Assembly: GCA_965240325.2 (NCBI GenBank)
Contig: OZ251251.1
Coordinates: 682,001-746,000 of the forward strand
Source: Rebecca billardiae RCC1528
Taxonomy: Eukaryota; Protista; Haptophyta
Direction of reading: 5' to 3'
Length of the DNA stretch: 64,000 nt
This document shows, in pieces, positions 1-11,029 of the stretch. The notes beneath the pieces are model-generated. The model searched no databases. It was not told where the DNA came from and saw only the letters and a list, made by a program, of their open reading frames with translations. How positions within the stretch are numbered: position 1 is the stretch's first letter; each line of letters opens with the position of its first letter. Both the position numbers and the translations under genes were made by a program.

Positions 1-3000
1 AGCGTATCAAGGACATGATGCTGCCAAGTCTCTTTTCGTACCTCGAGTCGAAACGGCACATCGTGAACCCGAATGAGAATTTCCTGAATTTACATACTCT
101 GCTCGAAATCTTCGAGCACGAGCTGAACGTATCGACCATGTCGGAGCTCCGAGCTGAGTTCAAGAAGCTCTACCCGGACCGACCGACCCCGGTGAGCGGC
201 CCTGAGATGATCAAGCAAACGGTGGAGATGGTACGCGCATCACGCTATCGAGAGCTAGACGACGCCACACTCCTCGTGTTCAAGCTGTACAACGGGATGC
301 ACGAGCACCCAGAGGTCTACTCGACCGTCATCTCTATTTACGGTTCAATGTCGCCCCAGCAATGCGTGGCGCAGACCGAACAGCTCACCGCCCAGATCGA
401 GGACGCATACAGGCGTTGGACTCAGTCGCCCAAGGGACGACAGGCAACGCAACGTGACCCCAAGCGGGGCGGTCCCGCGCACGCTCTCAATACTGAGGAG
501 GCGGACCGCCGACAACCAGCCGTCACGTGCTCGCACTGCGGGCTACGCAATCACACCGCAGAGCGGTGCTGGAAGCTACATCCAGACTTGCGGCCACCCA
601 GGCCGCCCGGTGCACCAAAACAGGGCAACTTCAAGCCGCCCGCCAAGCCCGGCGGGCGTGACGGCAAGTTCATCAAAGTACCTCCGCCCCCCAAGCGGGC
701 GTGGAGGCCGCGAGCCCAGATGGTGCAAGACGAGGACATCGACCCGGAACCCGATGACGCAGATCTCGAGCCGACGCAATACGCGTATCTGGACTCGGGC
801 GCGTCCCAATCATTTGTCGATATCAACCTCGGCCTGCTACACAATGCTCATCCGATCAGCATGTCTGTCAAGGTCGCCAAGCGCGACATTGAGCTACACG
901 CATCCAAGGCAGGCGACATGTACGTATACTTACTCGACGCCGACTCAGACACAACCGTGCCGGTGTGCCTGGAAAACGTCGTCGGAGTCGAAGATCTCAA
1001 TACTACTCTCTTTTCAGTCAACGCGTTCGCCGCGGCCGGAATGGCTGTGGTGTTCGACGAACGACCATACATCCGCATCGGCCCCAAGAGGGTTCATTTG
1101 CGCCCCGACAACACTGTCGGATTCAAGGCAGTCGTACCCAAGGCAGAGACAGCCATGCCGGCCACCGCGGACGACATGCCACCAGACGTCGACCCGATCA
1201 AGAACGGTCGAAAGATCACGCTCTGGCAATCCAGACTAGGATACGCCGATATCAAGCGTGTACGCGCAACCTACCGCGCGAACGACAAGATGTCGGAGGC
1301 ATCGCCCTGCACGTACCAGCCCTCCGACATTGCCAAGTTCAAAGCTAAGCCGTTCCCGGGCACACGTGAGAGGACAACTCGACCGCTCGAGATGCTCCAC
1401 AACGATGTCATCGGGCCCATCAACGGGCTGCCCGCCAAGACTCCAAGGTGGGGAACTCTATTCATCGATGATTTTTCCGGATACATGCGCTTCTACGACA
1501 TGCAAAACAAGGCTGAAGCGCCGGAGAAGCTCGACCTCATGGCCAGCGAGATGGGAGCCAACTCTCTATCCGCCACCATGCAGAACAAGGGTATCGCAGG
1601 ATGCACCATTCACCTCGACGGAGGCCGAGAGTTACACTCAAAGAATTGGAACCGAGTCCTTCGCAGGTACGACATGCTATGCAACTACATGTCGCCCCCC
1701 CACACGCAGCAGCTGAACGGCGTCGCCGAACGTGGCCTCGGAGTCATCATGAATGACGCCAGGACAATGCTGTACCTCTCAGGCGTACACCACAAATGGT
1801 GGCATTGGGCAGCCAAGTGCGCTGCCGCGCAACGCAACCTGATGAGCAAGCATCCTACCAGCGATGGCAAGCTGGTTTCACCGCACGAGTTGATGTTTGG
1901 CACCTCGCCCGGGCCATTCCTGCAAAAGCTGAGAGTCTGGGGCTCGCCCTGCATCTACCTCGTACAGTCGATCAACAAGCAGAACAAGCTACTCCCGCGC
2001 GCGCGGGAGGGCATCTTATTGGGATACGGATTTGACGGTATCTTCGAGCGAGGCGCCATCAAGCGATCGCACGGATACATCGTTTTGAGTGCCGACGACG
2101 GGAAAATCGTCATCACTCGGCATGTCAAGTTCAACGAGCAAGTCATTTTGGATCGAATCTCTACGCATTTCAAGGAGATCCGCGAATTTCGGGACCCCCT
2201 GCTGGCGTGGAGCGCTCGGCGACCTCCTCAAGGTGCAGATGCTGGTAAGACCCATGACAGCAACACCATCGAGGAGGGCGACGAAGAGTTTGCCAGCAGC
2301 AGCAGCGACGCCGACAGCGGCTCCGAGCGCGGAGGAGACGATCCACCACCGCCGGACGAGAAATCAGACGACGATGACGACGAGGATGACGGGGACGGCC
2401 CCGACGACGACGAGAAGGGAGATGACGGCGACGACGACGGTGATGAAGACGGCCCCGGAGCTGGAGGCGGACCATCGCCCAGCAACGCGCCGCCGGAGCC
2501 GAAGCAGCCTCCTCCCTCCGCCGATCGTCGCCCACAGCGGACCCGCAACATGACTGGCAAGTCATACTTCCCGTCGACGCGGCGCGCGCGCGCGCGCGCG
2601 CAGCTCGCGCAGCTCGCATCAGATATCCCGGTACCTACATCGTTCAAGGAAGCGATGGAGAGCAAGCAAGCATCCGATTGGACAAGGGCTATCATGGAAG
2701 AATACGAGGCCCACGACAGACTGGGCACATTCACGCCCGTCGTTGTTCCCAAAGGGAAAGCAATTATCCCATCGAAGCTGGTCTTCAAGGTCAAAGCCAA
2801 TCCAGATGGTACCATCGAGCGGTACAAGGCAAGATTGGTTGGTCAAGGCTTCCGCCAGATTCAAGGAGTCAATTACGACGAGGTGTTCTCGCCTACTATC
2901 CGGTACGAGAACGTACGCCTCCTATTGGCACTGACGACGGAGCTACGAACACCAGAAAGACCTTGGATCATCCACTCCGCGGACGTGAGTACGGCGTACC

Positions 3001-4743
3001 TCCAAGCCCCTTTGGAGGACGGCCTGAAGATCTACACTACGCTACCCCCGCTGTACCCGTGTACTCTCAAGCCACCCGAGGGGCATGTGGTCGCGGCCGA
3101 CTGGGATATGGCCCTTCCAGGATTTAAGCAGAGCGGCCGACGATGGCACCTCCGCCTCAGCCAGAAACTGCGAGAGAAAGGATTCAAGAAACTCGCACAG
3201 TCGGAGTGCATCTTCGTCCGCATCTCCGGAGACATCATCGACGTCATCGCAGTGTACGTGGACGATCTGCTTATTCTGAGCAGCTCCCCCGACAGCGCAA
3301 GGCCCAGCTCGATTATTGAGGAAATTCGAAAAGAATTTACCCTCCGGGATTTGGGACCAGCAACGACGTTCCTGGGCATGAATATCACCCAGGGGCCCAA
3401 GTCGACGACTATCTCCATGTCACAGTACATCACTGATCTCCTCAAGAGGCACGACATGAGCGACATTACGCCCGTCGACAACCCATGCAGATCGGCAGCA
3501 GAGCAACCGACATCAATCGAGACAGACGATTCATCATCGTGCTCGTCGGAGGAATCAAAGACCTACCGAGCAATTGTCGGAGCGCTACTATTCATCATGA
3601 ACACCTGCCGACCCGACATCAGCTACGCAGTCAACATGTTGGCAAGGTACATGGCAAGCCCAAGTTCGAACGACCTTAAAGGTGCCAAGCGAGTGCTCAG
3701 GTACTTGGCAGGGACAAAGAATTCCGGCATCACTTTCAAATCAACACCTACTCAGCCACGGACGGAGATGTTTGTGGACTCGGATTGGGCCAACGATACA
3801 AATGATCGCCGCTCGACAGGAAGCTATATCTACTTCCACGCAGGCGGCCCAGTATCGTGGCGCACCTTCAAGCAGTCAATCACAACCCTCTCATCATGTG
3901 AGGCCGAATATGTCGCTCTCGCGGAAGGAGCCAAAGAGGCAGTTTACCTACGCGACATCATCAGCGATATTCTCAATATTCCCAAGACGCCCATTGTGAT
4001 CCATGAGGACAACAAGGGGGCGATTGATCTCTCGAAGAACAGCATTCATCATAAGCGCACCAAGCACATCGACGTACGACACCATTTTATTCGAGATTGT
4101 GTCGACCTCGGTGCAGTCAACATTATCAAGGTACACACATCGGAAAACATCGCCGATTGTCTTACCAAGGCGCTACCCAAGGACAAGTTTGCAAAATTCC
4201 GAGACATCATGGTTGCACCAGTTTCGAATTGAGGGGGCGTGTCAAAAGCCCAAGGCAGCCATTGGCGCCATTCCCCAGCTCGAGGTTTCAATCTCAAGGC
4301 GCTGAGCAATTCTAAGCGCCACCATGCTGAGGCTTCATTCCAATTCAAAACCTTATCATCGACCTCAACTGTCGGTTTTATTCACGTCCAGTGCACCAAT
4401 TCATTCATCATCATTCATCGTGCATTTCATAATGGCCAACAAGCGTCGCGGAACAATCCAGGAATCAAAGCCTCCTGAGATGTTCTCAAGCCTTCGCAGG
4501 GCAATGCACTATCAGATCATTCCGAGAACGTGCCTTCGCAATCAGAAGCCGAGAAGCATCTCCAAACTTTCTAATCACGAAAGTTCTGGGATGAGTCCTT
4601 CGTGAGAACCCTACAAAAGTTTTTCTCAGCGATCTGGAGCTACACCAGCCAGCAACAAAACCGAACTGATCAGCAAAGCAGGGAGACCCCTGCGCCACCA
4701 TCGCCAAAGAGCGAACCTCCGCCAGCGCACGAAGTGCCAATCA
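1..4743 (+). mobile_element. Ty1/copia LTR retrotransposon, 3' portion (PPT 4231-4239; 3' LTR from 4240, end uncertain near 4743)
   Basis: Polypurine tract GAGGGGGCG overlaps the pol stop and is followed directly by TGTCAAAAG. The LTR end is inferred from ...CAATCA where composition changes; CTTTGACA at 4905 is an alternative. The 5' LTR is outside the window. Confidence 0.85.
15..4232 (+). CDS. Ty1/copia gag-pol polyprotein (frame is open to the window edge, so the true start may lie upstream)
   Basis: Domains in copia order: CCHC knuckle CSHCGLRNHTAERC; protease YLDSGAS; integrase (HNDVIGP, FIDDFSG, HLDGGRE, LNGVAER); RT (RYKARLV, YVDDLL); RNase H (FVDSDWA, SSCEAEY, KHIDVRHHF). Confidence 0.97.
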   Translation: MMLPSLFSYLESKRHIVNPNENFLNLHTLLEIFEHELNVSTMSELRAEFKKLYPDRPTPVSGPEMIKQTVEMVRASRYRELDDATLLVFKLYNGMHEHPEVYSTVISIYGSMSPQQCVAQTEQLTAQIEDAYRRWTQSPKGRQATQRDPKRGGPAHALNTEEADRRQPAVTCSHCGLRNHTAERCWKLHPDLRPPRPPGAPKQGNFKPPAKPGGRDGKFIKVPPPPKRAWRPRAQMVQDEDIDPEPDDADLEPTQYAYLDSGASQSFVDINLGLLHNAHPISMSVKVAKRDIELHASKAGDMYVYLLDADSDTTVPVCLENVVGVEDLNTTLFSVNAFAAAGMAVVFDERPYIRIGPKRVHLRPDNTVGFKAVVPKAETAMPATADDMPPDVDPIKNGRKITLWQSRLGYADIKRVRATYRANDKMSEASPCTYQPSDIAKFKAKPFPGTRERTTRPLEMLHNDVIGPINGLPAKTPRWGTLFIDDFSGYMRFYDMQNKAEAPEKLDLMASEMGANSLSATMQNKGIAGCTIHLDGGRELHSKNWNRVLRRYDMLCNYMSPPHTQQLNGVAERGLGVIMNDARTMLYLSGVHHKWWHWAAKCAAAQRNLMSKHPTSDGKLVSPHELMFGTSPGPFLQKLRVWGSPCIYLVQSINKQNKLLPRAREGILLGYGFDGIFERGAIKRSHGYIVLSADDGKIVITRHVKFNEQVILDRISTHFKEIREFRDPLLAWSARRPPQGADAGKTHDSNTIEEGDEEFASSSSDADSGSERGGDDPPPPDEKSDDDDDEDDGDGPDDDEKGDDGDDDGDEDGPGAGGGPSPSNAPPEPKQPPPSADRRPQRTRNMTGKSYFPSTRRARARAQLAQLASDIPVPTSFKEAMESKQASDWTRAIMEEYEAHDRLGTFTPVVVPKGKAIIPSKLVFKVKANPDGTIERYKARLVGQGFRQIQGVNYDEVFSPTIRYENVRLLLALTTELRTPERPWIIHSADVSTAYLQAPLEDGLKIYTTLPPLYPCTLKPPEGHVVAADWDMALPGFKQSGRRWHLRLSQKLREKGFKKLAQSECIFVRISGDIIDVIAVYVDDLLILSSSPDSARPSSIIEEIRKEFTLRDLGPATTFLGMNITQGPKSTTISMSQYITDLLKRHDMSDITPVDNPCRSAAEQPTSIETDDSSSCSSEESKTYRAIVGALLFIMNTCRPDISYAVNMLARYMASPSSNDLKGAKRVLRYLAGTKNSGITFKSTPTQPRTEMFVDSDWANDTNDRRSTGSYIYFHAGGPVSWRTFKQSITTLSSCEAEYVALAEGAKEAVYLRDIISDILNIPKTPIVIHEDNKGAIDLSKNSIHHKRTKHIDVRHHFIRDCVDLGAVNIIKVHTSENIADCLTKALPKDKFAKFRDIMVAPVSN

Positions 4744-5525
4744 ATATGTAGATCTCCGAGCATTGTCTGTCATCAATCAGAATCAATGCTGATAACGATA
4801 TACTGCTATACTATACGACCTGACCTAGGCGGTCACTGTCTGTGCTGATGCCAGTCATCATTAATATAAATATCTGTGTCATCAGCATACTTTGATACTT
4901 TGACACTGATGATCAGAGCGTAGCTTACTCTGATGAGTAAGTTAGGAGTGGGGTCTTAGGAGTAGTACGCGGACACTTATACTAGTAAGTCACTTAACAG
5001 TCTGCTGCTTAAGTAGTAGTCTTGCATGCATGCGCCGCATTATTATTAATTATTATTATTATATATTATTATATATATAATATAGTAATAACCGCAACCT
5101 GATTATACACTAATTATACACCGACCGACACCGATAAGACCGGCCCCGTCACTCTCATAGGCATAATAACCGTCTACAGCGGGTATCTAATCAGCCGCGA
5201 TGCTGAGTATACGACGGGCCCTGCGGGCTTAAAGCGCTAGCGCCGCTTATTCTAAGGCAAGTCGCGTCTGACTTCGTCCGACGGAGACCGCGCGCTGATG
5301 AATCCGGTCGGATCACGGATCAGTCCGGCGGGCTGATCGCATCGATCAATCGCACTGTTCTGAGTCCCGCCTGATGGGCGGCGGCCGGCGGCAGCTCGGA
5401 CGCAGGGGTTTTCGAGCGGTGCCTGGGCGTGTGGAACCACTGGATGGATGCACCAGGGGTTCTCTCGCGATGCCCGGTCGGTACACGCGCGGACAACGGC
5501 TTTGCAGCGTCGCCTCAGCGCTCGC

Positions 5526-5906
5526 TCACTCGTCTTCCGGTGGCTCGAGCGCGAGCTTTGCCGCCGCCTCGGCGCGGCCCTGCTCGAGCTTGAGCACGTA
5601 CAGCTGCGCGTCGATGTCTTCCAAGTTGGCCATGACCACGTCCGCGCGCGCGTGCTTCTTCGCCGTCAGCATGGTCAGCTCGGCGGCCGCGGCGAGCTTC
5701 TCCTGAGCCTCAATGGCCGTGTCGCGCTTGGCGGTGGCCTGTGCGATCTGCGTGTCGAGCTCGGCGTCGACGTTCGCGAGCTGGGCCTCCCAAAGCGCGC
5801 GCTTTGCGTTGATGGGCGCCGCCTTCGTCGCCATCTCCGCCGCGATCTCCCCAATCTTGAGCTCGAGCTCCGTGGGCGGAGGGGCCTCCTCCTCAGCGTC
5901 CCCCAT
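5526..5906 (-). CDS. Small coiled-coil hypothetical protein (126 aa)
   Basis: MGDAEEEAPPPTELELKIGEIAAEM...; strong G/C third-position bias, heptad-like A/E/K/L composition. Confidence 0.65.
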   Translation of the reverse strand: MGDAEEEAPPPTELELKIGEIAAEMATKAAPINAKRALWEAQLANVDAELDTQIAQATAKRDTAIEAQEKLAAAAELTMLTAKKHARADVVMANLEDIDAQLYVLKLEQGRAEAAAKLALEPPEDE

Positions 5907-6041
5907 GCTTGTCTTGTTGCCCAGTAAGTAACGACCACCCCACATACTTTTGGTCGTCCGGACTCCGCGCCCGGCCGCCCGCCACGGACGCACGCCAGGG
6001 CCCAGGACAGCTTCGCCAGTACGGGCGCGACGGCCGTGCCG

Positions 6042-8912
6042 ATGGGCGAGCACGGCGAGTCGGACGAGGACACGCTCGGTGAGCTCGACCGAGCGCGCGG
6101 TGGCGGCAGCCGCCTCACGCGCGGCCGCTCCACCGCCGTCAGCTTCGGCGCGACCGCCGCCGCAGGCCCGTCCACCGCCGCCACCCTCTCGTATCGGCGC
6201 CACTCCGTCGCCGTCTCCGCGCTTGACGACGAGCGGGCGGAGGAGGGCGCGGTCGCGGACGACGAGGACAGCGAGCGCGGGTCGCACGGCGTTGGCGCCC
6301 ACGCCGCACGGCGCGAGCTCGATGGTGCCGCGGCCGCGGCGCATGCGCCAGCCACGCCGCGCCTCCAGCCCGCGCGCCGCGGCACGGTCGTCGGTGGCGA
6401 GAGTCGCGACGCTCTGCAGCAGCTGCACGCGCTGGCGCAGGTGTGCGCGCCGCGCGCGCCGCGGCCGATCTGCAGGGTGGGCGTGAGGACGCGGGAGGGC
6501 TCGACGCGGCGCGCGCGCGCGCGCGCTCATCGTGCGCCGCCCCGCACGCGCCTGCGCCACGCGGCCGCCGTGTCGCGCGCCGCGCGCGCGCCGCCGCCGC
6601 GCCGCCGTGCTCTGGGCGGCGGCGGCGGTGGCAGGTGCGTCGGCACAGGCAGCACGAGCGGCGCAAGTCGATGGCGCTCACGCTGCTCGAGGGCACGCTC
6701 GACCCGTGGGACACGCTCACCGACCACTCCGAGGCCGAAGGCTACGGCTCCGACCATCTCGCGCAATCTCCCGGCAGTGGCAGCTCGGCGCACGGCGGCG
6801 GCCATGGCGGCGGCCATGCGCTTCGTCACTCGCATGCGGGCGCGGGCGCCGACGGGGCGGGGCGTGCGTGGGGCGCGCACGCGGAGGCGCGCGCGCCGCC
6901 GCGCGACGGAGGGCCCGGCGCGCCGCGCACGCTTCGCGCGGACGGCGGCGCGAAGGGCGCTGAGCGCGCCGGCGCGCGCTCGGCGGCTGACGGCACGTCG
7001 AGCGGTGATGCGCGCGGCGGCGGCGGCGGCGGCAGCGGCAGGGCGGCGGGCCCGCCCGCGCCCGCGGCGCCGGCGTCGCCGCCCGTGGGCCTGCTCTCCG
7101 CGCTCCTCGTCCTCTGCGGCTGCGCGTGCCAGGGCCCGTGCGACGTGCTCAACTCCGTCGACCGCGGCTGCGCGGACCTCATCAGCCTGTCAGAGTATTG
7201 CTACGGCATCGCCGCCTCGCTGCCGGGCGCGGTCCGGGAGCTGCGCTCGGCGGGCTTCGTGCTGTCCACGCGGCAGGTGCGCGCGCGCGCGCGCCGCCTC
7301 GGGCGCTCGGGCGGCGGCGCGCCTCGGCTCGCGCTGTCGCGGGGGCGGGGGCGGGGGCGGGGGCGGGGGCGCGGCGGTGCGGTGCACTGCGCGCCCGCTG
7401 GCCACGGCCACTGCCACCGCCGCCGCTCGCGTGTGCGCAGGGCGGCCCTGGGTGCTGCGCGCACGGCACGCGCGCGCCGACGCGCCGGCACGCGGGTACT
7501 CACCCCGTCGCCCGCCCGGCTCGCCCTCCCCGCGCGCCCTGCTCCCCGCGCGCTCCCCCTGTGCCCCCGCCACCCTCCACGCGCGTGCGCATGTGCGCGT
7601 GTGTGTGTGCGCGTGTGTGTGTGTGTGTGCGTGCGTGTGCGTGCGCATGTGCGCGTGCGCATGTGCGCGTGTGTGTGTGCGCGTGTGTGTGTGTGTGTGC
7701 GTGCGTGTGCGTGTGCGTGTGTGTGTTTGCGTGCGTGCGCGTGTGCGTGTGCGTGCGCATATGCGCGCGCAGCACGTGACGCTCGCCGCGTGCGGTCTCG
7801 CGTACACGGCGTGCCTGAACGCGGCTCTCTGCTCCGCACTGCCCATGCCAGTGCTGCTCGTCCTCAAGAACGGCAACCTCGTCGCCAACATGGCGGTGGG
7901 CGTGCTGCTGCTGCGCAGGCGCTACACTCGAGCGCAGGTGTGCGCTGTGCTCGCCGTGACGGCCGGGCTGGTGGTGACGGCGGTCGCGGCGCGCTCGGGC
8001 GCGCCGCCGCCTGGCGCGCCGCCGCCGCCGCCGCCGCGCGGCGCGCCCACGGCACTGTCGGCGCCGCCGCTCGGCGCGGCGGGCCTCGGCGCGCGCGCCG
8101 GCCGCGCGCTCGCCATCCTCGCGCGCCGCGCGCGCGCGCTGCTTCCTGGGGGCAACCGGCAGCGGCGACATCCGCCGCCGCCGCCGCCGCCGCCGCCCGC
8201 GGTGGGCGGGTCCGCGCAGACGCCCGCGCACGGCGGCGCAGAGTCCCTGCTCGCCGTCGCGGCCCTCGCGAGCGCGCTGGTCGCGCGCGCGCTCACCGGC
8301 GCGGTGCAGGAGTCCGCCTTTGCCGCGTCCGGCCGCGCGTCCGTCTCCGAGATCCTGTTCATGCGCAATTTGCTCGGCCTGCCGTTCTTCGCGGCGCGCA
8401 GCTCGGGCGTGGCGGCGCACGCGCGGCGCTGGGCGCGCAGCGCGGCGCTGGGCTGGGTGCGCTGGCCGGGCGCGTGGCTGCTTCTCGGCTGCAACCTGGT
8501 GATGGACTACTTGTGCAAGGCGCTGATGACGCGCATCATCGGCGCCTCCTCCGCCCTCACCGCCTCCCTCGTGCTCACCATCCAAAAGTTCATCTCGTTT
8601 GCGATCTCGGTGCTCCTCCTCTCCACAGACCGCGCGGCCGCGCGCTCGCCGCTGCTGTGGGCCGGCTCGGTCGCGGTGCTGCTCGGGACAGCCGCCTACT
8701 CCTTCGTGCCGGGCCCGCCCAAGCCCGCCCGGCGGAGCTCGGCCAAGGCGGCGGCAGCAGCAGGCACCGGGCCGGCGGCGGCGGCGGGCGCGGCGGCGGG
8801 CCTGACCGCCGCCGCCGCCGCGCCGCCGCCGGAGGACCGCGGAGGTGGCGGCGGTGCGGCCGGTGCTGACGGTGCCTGCGGTGGTCGCGGCGTCAAGTCG
8901 GCGGCCGGCTGA
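6042..8912 (+). CDS. UAA-family nucleotide-sugar transporter (SLC35B4/YEA4-like), spliced
   Basis: Hydrophobic segments MPVLLVLKNGNLVANMAVGVLLLRRRYTRAQV, LTGAVQE, SALTASLVLTIQKFISFAIS; GT-AG introns at ~6441-6634 and ~7277-7772. Confidence 0.8.
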   Translation: MGEHGESDEDTLGELDRARGGGSRLTRGRSTAVSFGATAAAGPSTAATLSYRRHSVAVSALDDERAEEGAVADDEDSERGSHGVGAHAARRELDGAAAAAHAPATPRLQPARRGTVVGGESRDALQQLHALAQVCAPRAPRPICRVGVRTREGSTRRARARAHRAPPRTRLRHAAAVSRAARAPPPRRRALGGGGGGRCVGTGSTSGASRWRSRCSRARSTRGTRSPTTPRPKATAPTISRNLPAVAARRTAAAMAAAMRFVTRMRARAPTGRGVRGARTRRRARRRATEGPARRARFARTAARRALSAPARARRLTARRAVMRAAAAAAAAAGRRARPRPRRRRRRPWACSPRSSSSAAARARARATCSTPSTAAARTSSACQSIATASPPRCRARSGSCARRASCCPRGRCARARAASGARAAARLGSRCRGGGGGGGGGGAAVRCTARPLATATATAAARVCAGRPWVLRARHARADAPARGYSPRRPPGSPSPRALLPARSPCAPATLHARAHVRVCVCACVCVCACVCVRMCACACARVCVRVCVCVCVRVRVRVCVCVRARVRVRAHMRAQHVTLAACGLAYTACLNAALCSALPMPVLLVLKNGNLVANMAVGVLLLRRRYTRAQVCAVLAVTAGLVVTAVAARSGAPPPGAPPPPPPRGAPTALSAPPLGAAGLGARAGRALAILARRARALLPGGNRQRRHPPPPPPPPPAVGGSAQTPAHGGAESLLAVAALASALVARALTGAVQESAFAASGRASVSEILFMRNLLGLPFFAARSSGVAAHARRWARSAALGWVRWPGAWLLLGCNLVMDYLCKALMTRIIGASSALTASLVLTIQKFISFAISVLLLSTDRAAARSPLLWAGSVAVLLGTAAYSFVPGPPKPARRSSAKAAAAAGTGPAAAAGAAAGLTAAAAAPPPEDRGGGGGAAGADGACGGRGVKSAAG
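7579..7770. repeat. Intronic (GT)n/(GC)n alternating purine-pyrimidine tract
   Basis: Directly visible. Confidence 0.9.
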
Positions 8913-9343
8913 CGCCTCGGCCTTCGGCGCGCGGCAGGCTGGTGATGCTGTGCTGCTGCGTGCAGCGCGTGCAGCTGCGCGCAATCCGCGTGCGCGGCAT
9001 ACTGTGTATAGTAGTAGTGTATATACTGCGGCTGTCACTCATCTGGCAACAGCAGCTACACGGTCAACAGTAGTTACTACTACAGCAGCAGTACCGACTA
9101 CCGAGTCCGAGACCGAGTAGCTGTAGTAGTATACCGCGCCCGCGTGGCGCTGCTATAGCTAGGCCTAGGCTACAATCGTCAGCGCGCATCATATCAGACT
9201 CTGTCACTCGTCACTCCGGCAGGCCAGGAAGCAGGGCATCAGGAGTGATGCCAGTAGGCGGGGTACTTACGACGAGCAGTTCATCATATCTATCTATCAT
9301 CATCATAATATATATATATATTCAGTCGCGCCTACAGTAACTA

Positions 9344-10125
9344 CAGGGTCCCCAACAATTGGTCGGACATTGATTTTTGCTGACTACGGCTGCTAACGAT
9401 GAGATGGGCCAGAGGCTCACATGAGCGCCATGGACCTTACTCCTCGGATGACGACAGGGTGTGGGTGCAGCGAGCGGCGCGCTCAGCGTGTGGCCAGGGC
9501 TGGCTTGGATGTACAGCTCAACCGACTAGCGGTTGGCTCTGAACAGGTCCACGGAGCCCCCGCGGGTGGCATGCCTGCTAAAATTCGTATCTGGCGCACG
9601 GTTGCATTTGGCGGCGGGCGGGTTGGTGCGCGCACTGGTGGGTCTCCAGCGTTCGCTGCGGGTAGTGGCGCCGACTGTAGCCCTTGCCTGCACGGCCAGA
9701 GCCGATCGATGGGCTGTGCAGCAGCTGTGCAAGCGAGGTGCGCAACAGGTAGGCTGGTCCGATCGGGCCGTATATACTCCTGGTGTAGCGCTACGTCCGG
9801 GCTTGCCCAGGGCTGTCGAGCGCATGCCGCATAGTCATCGACCATGCCACGTAATAATATCTGCGCGGCCTTGAGCGGGCTTGCTGGCTACAGACATGCG
9901 CAGAAGCCACACGGCTGCTTCACGGCCCTCACGACCAGCCTTGTGCCGACTGTCCGCATGACCCAGAGGGGTGCTCCACGCGGGCTGTCCGGCTATGCGC
10001 GGTCGCAGACAGACCTAGTGGGGTGCACACGAGCCGAGCTGGCCGCTCCTGACCCCGCGCGAGGCAGCCACAGGCCGTACGCTGAGCTGCTGCCCAAAGT
10101 GTCCAGTTTAATGTTGGAGACCCTG
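9344..10125. mobile_element. Non-autonomous Tc1/mariner-type element (MITE, 782 bp)
   Basis: Imperfect 26-bp TIR: CAGGGTCCCCAACAATTGGTCGGACA vs reverse complement of right end CAGGGTCTCCAACATTAAACTGGACA; TA on both flanks. Confidence 0.8.
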
Positions 10126-10231
10126 TAGTAAGTGTCCTGGCGGCAGTTTGCCGCCGGACTCCGGCGGGCTCCCGCAGTCCGCGGCGGCTGGTTCCCCACT
10201 GCAGCCGCTGCCGCGGGCACGAAGCGGACGG

Positions 10232-11023
10232 ATGGGCGAGATGGCCAGCGGCGAGATGGGCACCGCACAGCCGACGCCCGCGCTCGACGACCTGCCGTCA
10301 GAGGTGCTCGACCGCATCCTGTCGCTCCTGCCGCCGCGCGACCTCGCCAGCCTCAGCCTGAACGCCACCGCGCGCCTCTTCCACGCCGCGCCGCCCGGCG
10401 GGTGCTCGCCGGTCGAGCGCGCGCTGCGCGAGCGCGCGCGCGCGGGGGGGCATGGCCGCACGCTGCCGGCCTCGCTGCCCTCGGGCGTGCGCACGTGGAT
10501 AGAGGAGCTGTTCGCGCGCGAGCGCATCCTCGAGCTCGCATCCGCGCACTCGCCTCCCGAGGCGGCAGGCGACGGCTCCAGCGCGTTTGTGGACGCGGAG
10601 GGCGCGCTGCACGCGTGCAGCGAGGAGCCGGTGGAGGACGAGGACACAGGGGAGCCGACGGGCGAGTATCGAGCGCACGTGGCTACCGGTCACTCGGGTG
10701 CGCCGGTGGTGCGTGCGCCGACGCGCGTCGCCGCCCTCAGCGCGGTGCGCATGGCCTCGGTGGCCGCCGGCTGGCAGCACCTGCTCGCGCTGAGCGAGGC
10801 CGGCGCCGTGTACGGCTGCGGCGACAACAGTGCCGGCCAGCTGGGCGTGGGCGCCGGCAAGATCACGCGCGCATTCGAAGCGCATCGAGGCGCTGGACGG
10901 CGTGCGCGTGGCGGCGTGGGCGGCGTGGACGCCGAACTCGCGAGTCGTATTCTTCATCTTCGGGCGTCGGCGGAAAATACTATCGATCCCGACGAAAGTA
11001 CGAAACTCGCGCGGCCGCGGTAA
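10232..11023 (+). pseudogene. F-box + RCC1-repeat protein, apparently frameshifted/truncated
   Basis: F-box LDDLPSEVLDRILSLLPPRDLASL; RCC1 repeat VAAGWQHLLALSEAGAVYGCGDNSAGQLGVG; the continuation RIEALDGVRVAA lies in another frame near 10880 and then breaks off. Confidence 0.65.
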
Positions 11024-11029
11024 TGCACG

